Under the pieces are notes generated by a model. The model saw only the letters and a list, made by a program, of their open reading frames with translations, was not told the origin of the DNA and searched no databases. Source: the human T2T-CHM13v2.0 reference genome, Homo sapiens. Taken from it: a stretch of DNA of 64,000 bases. A program made the translations under genes and the position numbers. Shown piece after piece: positions 54,952 to 64,000 of this stretch. How positions within the stretch are numbered: the stretch's first letter is position 1; the number at the start of each line of letters is the position of its first letter. Location of the stretch: NCBI RefSeq assembly GCF_009914755.1, contig NC_060937.1. The stretch is one strand, 5' to 3'.

Positions 54952-55439
54952 TGTTACCAAAATACCAGGGGTTAGGTACTGTTGTTTGCTGCACGAAAGC
55001 CAATCGCTGAGGCAATGTGTATTGCCAGAGAAGAAGGCTTTAATCAAATGTTGCAGCTGAGGTGTTGGGAAATTAGCCTCAAATCCATCTCCCTGATAGA
55101 CTAAAATGAAGGGCTTACATAGGAGGGAAGAAATATAACCATGTGTGAGAAAATAGGAATTAGGGAGAGGTAAGAAAGAAGAGGTGGTCAACAGTAACCA
55201 GGTGGTCATTTAGGCAATTATGACAGATGAGGGGTCTGGAGTCTCATTGTCCAGACAGGGTGATCTAGTTAAGTTTTAGTTCATTTATAGTATCTGGAAG
55301 GCATGATGTTTGGTTTCCTGAGAAAGGAACTCAGATAAGACAATTCTAACTCACAAGTTTTAAGACTGGGAGGATCAATTTATGTGTATTCAAAAAGAAA
55401 CATAAACATCGTTTCTATGGGGCAGTTGGGCTGGTCTCA
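54952..55439 (-). mobile_element. ERV1 (MER4-group-like) solo LTR, family not pinned down
   Basis: TG...CA termini, 4 bp TSD attt (54948-54951, 55440-55443), ATTAAA polyA signal on the minus strand. Confidence 0.8.
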
Positions 55440-56380
55440 ATTTTACCATATTATCTTGAAGGATAACTATAGTAGAAGTTAAAAGTCATGATGTTCACAC
55501 ATCTGTAGGAAATAAATATTTTCTTAGTATGATCTTTTATCCTCTGAGTTTATGGAAGACTACATCTGTATTTTATTTACTACAATAGATGAATTAATTT
55601 ATTAGCACATAATGCATGTGTCTTTTAAAAAAATGGCTTAAGCAGACTGTATAACCTCTGACAATTTGAGAGGTTAGAATTGAAAAATAAATTGAGGCTT
55701 ACAGAGAACCATATTATCTTTTTAGGAAAACAAACTAACAAACAACAATGTAAGGGAGGGAGTTTATCAAGAAAAACAAAAAACAAAAGAAGGAAGATTT
55801 TTCCAGATAAAAAATTAATTTTAGCATTAAAAGCTATGTTATAAGAAAGTGAACAATTTGAATAGCAGATGTCTGCTATGAGAACAAGTATTAACCGGGT
55901 AGGAAAATCCCAAATTGCACATTGAAGGCATAGAACCTCTGTATTACTTAAAGCCTTGTATTTTATGGCTTTTCAGTTGTAAATAAGATGAGGGAGACAG
56001 AATCATTGCTGTGGGAAAGACAAATTAATTCTATGGATAAGCGATATAGCAACTGGATCTCCAAATCCAAATCCATGACCTCTGAGCTTTTGGAAAAGCC
56101 CTAGGTGATGGCAGGGTTTATTGGAAAGCTCTATAGCAAGCACAGCTGAAATTTTCAAATGACATAGAATATATGAAATCATCAGCTCTCTGTTTTGCAA
56201 ATTCAAATAATTCAGGTCAATAGAGCTGCTATGCGTGTGCATAATGAGACCATGGGCATAGATTTTAATCTTGTTAACATTAAAAGGTTAATATGATACA
56301 TGTTTCATTTAACAGAGCTTGGTGTACAGCTAAATATAAAACAAACATACAAAAATTCCCCCTAAATTTAGACATAATAA

Positions 56381-56843
56381 GGAGAGAGGAGGAACAGCAA
56401 GATGGCAGAGTAGAAAGTTCCACCGATCATCCCTCCTACAAGGACACCAGTTTAAGAACTATCTACACAGACACACGCACACACACACACACACACACAC
56501 GCACACATAATCTTCATAAGAACCAAAAATCAGGTGAGAACTCATGGTACCTGGTTTTAACTTCATATTGCTGAAAGAAGTACTAAAAAAACAGAAAAAA
56601 AACAGTCCTGAATTTCTGACATCCCCATCCTCTCCCACCCTTGGGAGTTCCAGTGTGGTGCAGTCCGGAGACCATCTATGGACCATGAGGGAGGGAGAAC
56701 ACAACAATTGTGAGGCATTGAACTCAGTGCTGTCCTGTTAGAGCAAAAAGGAAAACAAGACCAAACTCAACTGATGCCTGTCCACAGAGGGAGCATTTAA
56801 ACCAGCCCTAGTCAGAGGAAAATCACCAATCCCAGCAGTTTGA
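56381..56843 (+). mobile_element. L1M (L1MA-type) 5'UTR fragment with internal (CA)n
   Basis: gcaagatggcagagtagaa...cataagaaccaaaaatcaggtgag. Confidence 0.75.
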
Positions 56844-56852
56844 TATTGCTAA

Positions 56853-56982
<130 letters not shown>

Positions 56983-57007
56983 AAATATTTTATTCCCTGT
57001 GGAATAA

Positions 57008-57251
57008 ATGGCAGGAGGCGAAAGGCACTTCTTACATGGTGGCAGCAAGAGAATGAGCAAGAAGTGAAAGCAGAAACCTCTTATAAAACCATCAGATCTT
57101 ATGAGATTTATTCACTACCATGAGAACAGTATGGGGGAAACCACCTTCATGATTCAATTATCTCCCACCGGGTCCCTCCCATAACCCATGAGAATTATGG
57201 GAGCTACAATTTAAGATGAGATTCCGGTGGGGACATAGCCAAACCATATCA
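57008..57251 (-). mobile_element. THE1B-like LTR fragment (5' two-thirds)
   Basis: Ends ggggacatagccaaaccatatca. The LTR 3' end is missing. Confidence 0.88.
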
Positions 57252-59179
57252 ATTTGGATTTTTTTTTCTTTCCATCTTTCTGGAGATGGTTGCAGTGTTC
57301 AATAAAAAAAAAAATTAACACTGGGAATATTTAACATTTTATGATAATACTTTAGAAACTCTCCATTCAATATTTTTCAGAAGAGCCTTCCTCTTAAGTG
57401 AGAAAACTTGAAGTTGCAGAGATAAAAAATTGGTGCTATAAACCTACTTGGACAAATCTTTCTACCTGGATAATTTGCAATTCAGTTATGCAATCATGTG
57501 TTCAGCATGTGGAGGGTTAAAACACCTCTGTGTTTATGTGGGAAAAGTACTGTACTATACTGTGAGCATACCAAGATGAATAAAATATGTTTGTGTTTTC
57601 CAGAAGCTGAAAGCTTAGTTGTCAAATTTGAGTTTGAATGAGTATGGTAATAACTACATAAATTATCCAAGGCTTATTATCTTTAGAAAGAGGTGGAAAA
57701 GGGAGATTGATTTAAGCTAAACAAAACAAAACAAAAACAAACAGACAAAAAACCTAAAAGGCATATTTGAAAGAATGATAATTGTATCAAATGTCCATAA
57801 GTCATTTAAAAGCAAGTTTTCTCAAGTTTTCAATGAGTTCTGGAGAAGGGAGAATAAAGAGAAATTGTAGGATTAGTAAATTAATCCATGTGTTACAGGA
57901 TGATGGAGGGACTGGGCAGTGTAATGTAAGTTCATGATGGGATATAGTTATGTAATATTTGGATATTTGCATTTTCCATTATTAGCTACATTATTGTAAA
58001 GGACTATTATAGAAACATACAGAATCAGGTTTGGTAGTGATATTAAAGATAATCTACTCACATATACTTTTTTTTGCTTATATCTTGAAGTGTCTAGTTT
58101 CTATAGCTGGCCCCCACCCCCAGCCTTTCACAACAGGGATTCTGGGGAAATTGCCTCTTTAGGGGGTCTGAGAATAAGAGAATTTTCTTCTTATTTGTTC
58201 CTTATTTTCACAAAAAGTCAAGTTCAAGGGCTTAAATGTGATTTGTTCTTTCCCAGCTAGGGATAATGACCTTCTGGCTCATGAAAAAAATATATAGTAA
58301 AGTTACGAGAAGTGTGGATCTCTTTTTATTTTTAAATCAAAACAAAGAAAAGTACATTTTAGTATATAAATACAAAATACACTCAAAAGTGAAATGTGAC
58401 TTTCAATTTTGTCTTTATGATTCGTAAAGAAAAACTAAGTAAAAATAATATATAAAAAATGTACAAAATACCTCCATGTTTATTTGACAGTCATACTTTT
58501 AATGTTTGGTGTATGTTATGAATTTAACATGGCTGGCTGCTCTTTCCCTCTCTTTGGTCTTTTAATGTTTCCTTTCTCTTTTACTTTGCTGATGCTGTCA
58601 AAGTTAGCATTTAAATATCATTTAAATAAAGTGAATATTTCTCTTAATAATACATTTATTTAAATGAATGATTTTAGAATGTAGAAAGCTTTCTTAGGCA
58701 ATGCAATTGAAAAATATTTATACAGTTCTTAAAGTTGAGCAAGCCTATCTTCCAAAACTGCTCTTTTTCTTCTAAACTAATATACTGTGTCACCATCATG
58801 ACAATATTTATGTTATATAACTGTCATATGAAGAAATGCATTTGACTTAATATGGGATTCGAGTTGACACATGAATCTGACTATTTAAAGGCACAAAGCC
58901 TATTTGTATTTCTTCTTTTGTGTCCTTTTAAAAATTTTGCTTCTTATTTACTTTATTCAATATTAGAGGCATTGACTACAGCAATTTTTTTCAAATGTAT
59001 GCTCATTTATTTTAAAATTAATTTATGTTTGCCAGTTTTATGACACTCACTAAAATATTCAGATTTGATAAAGTTCATATTGAATACTAAATAAAAAATG
59101 TCCTATAGAATGAGGTTCCTCAGAAATGTTCTAATAGCTCATGATGTAAGATTCCTACCACGGATATTGCAAAACATGA

Positions 59180-59180
<1 letters not shown>

Positions 59181-59214
<34 letters not shown>
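59181..59214. repeat. (CA)n microsatellite
   Basis: Read directly from the sequence. Confidence 0.95.
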
Positions 59215-59219
<5 letters not shown>

Positions 59220-59821
59220 CAATATGAGTGTTGTTGAAATTAGGTTTAGCGCAAGATTGCAAATGAGTTTTAGAGATGGGAGTAAAGGTTGACAACACCT
59301 TTATGATGAGAGTTATCAGTATTTTCCTCTCAGAAGAAGCTGCGGTAGAATCTACTAGGAAAAAATACCACTGGCCAATGATGTTATGGACAGGAGGTCA
59401 TTTTTATTTCATTTTTCAGTAAACCATGAAAAGCACATAAGGCACATACAGAGATAGATATAGATACATATATTCCAAATATGTCATAAAAATACATTTA
59501 GGACCTTCCAAACTAAGAAAATGGATGGAAAAGAAAGGATAAATAGCTTGAATAAAATCAAGTTCCCTCCCCATTTCCCCTAGAAATGCTCATGAATTAA
59601 ATTAAAATAATGATGTGGTCAAATTCGCTTTTAAACATGCTAATATGACCTCCTGGTGGTATATACTAGTGGAAATCTAACTGAGATTTATCTATGAAAT
59701 ATTTTTAACAGAATATATCTTGTCCATCTAAATGGCTTATAAACAAACCTCAAATTTATGCAATATAGGAAGCCAGAAAATGTCAGTGACAGTTTGTAGT
59801 GGTCAGAGTATAAAATAAAAT

Positions 59822-59886
59822 ATTGTGCCACTGCACTCCAGCCTGGGCGAAAGAGCGAAGACTCCATCTCAAAAAAAAAAAAAAAA
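59822..59886 (+). mobile_element. Severely 5'-truncated Alu (last ~48 bp plus A17)
   Basis: attgtgccactgcactccagcctgggcga...catctc(A)n. No clear TSD. Confidence 0.9.
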
Positions 59887-60158
59887 TCGCACAGCTAAAA
59901 TCACTACATTGTACAGGTGGTACCCTGAAGTATATCTTAGAAACTTGCATATTAATCAGAATAAGAGCCTGTCCTAAAGTGGGAAAAAAAGACATAAAAA
60001 GCTGGTCTCAAACATCACAAAGTTTGTTAACCAGTAGCCTGAGATTGCTCATATCATTTGAACTATTAGTAAAACTGTTGACAGTAAGAAATGTTTTTTT
60101 TTTTTTTCAGTTGACTTTTGTGTTATCTCAGTAAGGGTGGAAAGAGTATGTAAAGTAA

Positions 60159-60827
60159 TTTTTTTTTTAATTTCCAACTTTTAAGTTCAGGGGTACACGT
60201 GCAGGATGTGCAGGTTTGTTACATAGGTAAACATGTGCCATGGTGGTTTGCTGCTTAGATCATCCCATCACCCAGGTATCCATTAGCTCTTTTTCCTGAT
60301 CCTCTCTATCCTCCCACCTCCTGCCCTCTGACAGGCCTCAGTGTGTGCTGTGCCCACCCATGTGTCCATATGTTCTCATCATTTAGCTCCCACTTAAAAG
60401 TGAGAACATGTGATATTTAGTTTTCTGTTCCTGCATTAGTTTGCAAAGGATAATGACTTCCAGCTTCATCCATATCACTGAAAGTGGCATAATCTCATTC
60501 CTTTTCATGGCTGCATAGTATTCCATAGTGTATATATGCCACATTTTCTTTATCCAGCCTATCATTGCTGGGCATTTGGGTTGATTCCATGTCTTTGCTA
60601 TTGTGAATAGTGCCACAGTGAACATATGCATGCAAGTGTCTTTGTAAAAGAATGATTTATATTCCTTTGGGTATATGCCCAGTAATGGGATTGCTGGGTC
60701 AAATGGTATTTCTGTCCCTAGATCTTTAAGGAATCACCACACGGTCTTCCTCAATTGTTGAACTAATTTCCACTCCCACCAAGAGTATAAAAGCATTCCT
60801 TTTTTCTCTGTAACCTCGCTAGCATCT
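60159..60827 (-). mobile_element. L1PA (L1PA8-13-like) 3' end
   Basis: PolyT start; ORF 60383-60631(-) is the L1 ORF2 C-terminus (ALFTIAKTWNQPKCP...KYHMFSL). Confidence 0.93.
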
Positions 60828-61100
60828 TGTGAGGAATATGGCTGCACTGCAGCCAGGCAGGAGAGGCTGAGGTAAACATCCTGCATGACTCAGTGAGTTT
60901 GGAGCACAGGCACACAATTCCATATATAATGTATAAACAGCTATCAAGCCATAAAACGGGAAGGTCATCACTTGGCTCTACACCACTATTGTCTGTAAAA
61001 AGTATAATGCCCTGCCAACACTGTACAGGTGCACTCGTTACCAGAGAGAGAAATAGTTAAGCTGCTGACCCTGAAGGCAAGGGAGAGCCGGCTGGCAGCT
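60828..61100 (+). mobile_element. LTR18-like LTR, 5' half only
   Basis: tgtgaggaatatggctg...gtaaacatcctgcatgactcag. Family from recall; truncated at ~61100. Confidence 0.65.
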
Positions 61101-61520
61101 CCCACACACAGCTGCACAGATTGCGGGGCGGGGGACGGAGGGCTCCATCCAGTCTCAAGCAGGCTCCACCCTGCTGCTGGTGGCTGGCTGGAATTCCCAG
61201 CCAGCATATCTTATCTTGTAAGGTGCCATCAAAGTGAGGCCACCAGACGGATGCTGCTCAGCCGCCTGGATTCATCCCCCTTCCTAGGGACATACACGGA
61301 CCTCTTGCCTTGAAGGGAATCCCAGAGCTGGATTATGTAAAGCTCCTGGGTCTATGTGTGCCTGAGCAGCTGCTCTGCTGAGTCTCCACACAGCTCTGTA
61401 TGTCAAACCCAAGGTGGTGTGGGCTCACAAGGGACTCTCCGAGAGTTGCAAAGATCCATGAGAGAAGCATGGTTCCCAGGAGTTGCACCTTCACTAACCA
61501 AGTCTCTTAGCTGAGGATGA
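61101..61520 (-). mobile_element. L1PA 5'UTR fragment, probably from the same L1 as 60159-60827
   Basis: GC-rich antisense text cctggattcatccccct...gtcaaacccaaggtggtgtgggc resembles the 5'UTR of older L1PA families. Confidence 0.65.
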
Positions 61521-61639
61521 GTGTCTAAAATAAATTTGCATATGAACTACTCAAGTATATTAATAATCGTATGTTCAAGTAATTCTGCTATTCAGAAATC
61601 ACCTTATTATGACAAGTGGTGAAAGTTTAGGGATACATT

Positions 61640-62420
61640 TTTTTTAAATGGTAAATCTATGCAATTACCATACAACCCAGCAATTGACTTTTTGCCATTT
61701 ACCCCATAACACTAAAAACATACCTTCACACGATACCTTGCATATGAATGCCCATAACAGCATCATTCATAATATCCCCAAACTGGAAATAGCCTAAATA
61801 TATTTTAATGAACGTCTGGTTAAATTCGAGTATACATTTACATAACATGGAATACTCAGTTATAAAAAAGGACGAATGATTCATAATTACAACATAGCTC
61901 CATGTCATTTGAGTGTAAAAAGCCATTCCAAAAAGGTTATATATACGGTTCAATTTATGTAACATTTTTGAAATGACAAAATTGTGGAAATGGAGAGCAG
62001 ATTTGTGGTTGCTAGGGGTAAGTTTTGAAGTTTCAAATGTGATGGGCATAGTTGTTCTATCATAGAACAAAAGAAGTTATAGTCGTGTTGGAACCCTTCG
62101 GTAACTTGAATGTGGTGAGGGATACGAGAATCTGCATATCTGATAAAATTGTATAGAAATAAACACAGTTATGTTATGTTATGTTATGTTAATAAAACAT
62201 ATACACACAAACACAATTGAATGAAGGTAAATTTGAGGATAAAGGAGTATAATCAGTAGGTTTGATTAAAATTACTATTTTCATTGTGAAACTATGCTAT
62301 AGTTTTGTAAAATGTTGTCGTGCAGGAGCCATGAAAATTTCACATGGGCTCTGTCTCTATTATTCCTTATATGTGCCTGTGAATCTACAATTATCTCAGT
62401 ATCAATTTTAATGAAATAAA
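61640..62420 (+). mobile_element. L1MC/MD-like 3' region
   Basis: attaccatacaacccagcaatt...aatgacaaaattgtggaaatggagagcag...gtgaatctacaattatctca. Confidence 0.8.
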
Positions 62421-62849
62421 TATCCACATTTTATTGTGAAAAATTCTGCCCTACAGTATTATGAGAAAGATAAGTATTATGAGAAATAAAACAAATAATT
62501 TTTTTATCATAGTAAAAATAAACACATAAGGAAAATAATATATTGTGTTTGCATATAAAAACATATGTTGTGGTCAATAAAGCAGACACTACTGCTCACA
62601 CAAGGCCCAATATCGTTGGAGTGACAATTTAGAAGATTAATTCAGCACAGCAAAGCCTGATCCAATAAATTACAGAAGCTCAACCATAGAATGCACTGCC
62701 TTCTTAAATACTATATTATTAAAAGTGCACAGTGAAAAACACCTTGATACTTGATGAGAAGTTAGAGTTGAGAGTTGAAAACTTGTTAAGCTTGGACTAG
62801 ATAATGTCATGAGTTTATTAAACAGTCTAGTTGCTTTGATTTTATTCAT

Positions 62850-63700
62850 CAGATTATTTGTGAGATGCTTTTTAAGTAAACACTTTTTTATTTGCTACTC
62901 AGTTTCAAGAATTCTCCTGAGCACTAAAAATAAAGGGGAGAGCAAAATCAGATCAAGGTCCTGCCTCTCTGGAGTTCACAATGTACTAATTTATGCACAC
63001 ATTAATTGAATGAGCACATAAATAATAGTCACAGTAAACCAAATGACACCTCTATTAAGTGCTATATAAGAAAAGTAAATGGTGCCATTTGTAAGGTGCC
63101 ATCAAAGTGAGGCCCCAACATCGATGCTGCTCAGACGCCTGGATTCATCCCCTTTCCTAGGGATATGCACAGACCTCTCACCTTGAAGGGAATCCCAGAG
63201 CTGGAGTATGTAAAGCCAAGAGAAGTGGTTAGTGAAGATACAACTCCTGTGGACAACTCTCATGGATCTTTGCAATCTCAGAGTCCCCTGTGAGCCCACA
63301 CCACCTTGGGTTTGACATACAGAGCTGCGTGGAGACTCAGCAGAGCAGCTGCTCAGGCACACATGGAGGGGGAAATACCAAAAAACAAAACAAAAACCTA
63401 GTATAATTCTAACCTTCCTTGAGGAAGTAATATTAGAGCTGAGTTCTGGTAGCTAAGCAGATTTTAACTCTTCAGAGTGGTATGGTAGGTAATAACAGAA
63501 GGAAGAAAACAGAATGGACAAAGGCGGCCATGGAGAAAAGCAGATTCATGAGGCTAAAATGTAGGAGGCTTACAAGGGGTGAGTTTCAGGATAGGAAATA
63601 GCTTGATTATTCAGGGTATAAACATTTTTCAACAACAATAGAATTGGTGACAACTTTGTCTTAAACATTTTGTGGAATGTGAAAGGGGGGAATAGTAATA
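62850..63700 (-). mobile_element. L2 fragment interrupted by a templated insertion
   Basis: ggtcctgcctctctggagttcaca, taagtgctat, ttccttgaggaagtaatattagagctgag. Confidence 0.65.
63089..63367. repeat. Local copy of 61216-61512: direct part (63089-63216) plus inverted part (63214-63367)
   Basis: Hand alignment gives about 13 mismatches in 128 bp for the direct part. The inverted part matches 61351-61512 with small indels. Confidence 0.93.
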
Positions 63701-64000
63701 TTTGCATGTGGGGAAGTAATTGTCTTGCCAGCAAATAATGTTGCACTGCCTACATTGTGGAGAATAGAAATGGAAAGGGTGGCTTACTGACGGATCTGAT
63801 GGATGTTATCTGCTATCATTTCTAGTAAATGACAATAGCTTGAAGTAGAAACAAGAAAAACACTTGTAAGAAATTTGAGGTGTTCTGAGACTGTATATTT
63901 TGAAGTTACTATGTGTTTAAAGGATGTATTATGAAGATAGTGCATAGAGAAAGATGAGAAGATGGGCCCCAGGTTTGCTGATTCCCATTCAATCAAATGG

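Overview
This is AT-rich, gene-poor primate genomic DNA, probably hominoid (AluY plus an LTR12C/ERV9 solo LTR), and is intergenic or deep intronic. I find no credible host protein-coding exon, tRNA or rRNA. The ORF track is explained by decayed retroelements and chance ORFs. The window is dominated by repeats: a nested THE1/HERV-L(MLT2A)/Alu/THE1 complex (571-9007), a solo LTR12C, an ancient ERVL remnant, a complete MSTA element, several solo LTRs, L1/L2/MIR/Alu fragments and Tigger/mariner/hAT fossils. The most unusual signal is structural: several local templated copies of different ages. These include a nearly identical ~460 bp inverted duplication bracketing the LTR12C promoter, a direct-plus-inverted copy of an L1 5'UTR fragment, and an older copy inside a MER2. 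There is also a ~2.9 kb imperfect palindrome made of two THE1 halves. Repeat family names come from recalled consensus sequences, not a database search, and old-repeat boundaries are approximate. I do not see evidence for a new coding system.
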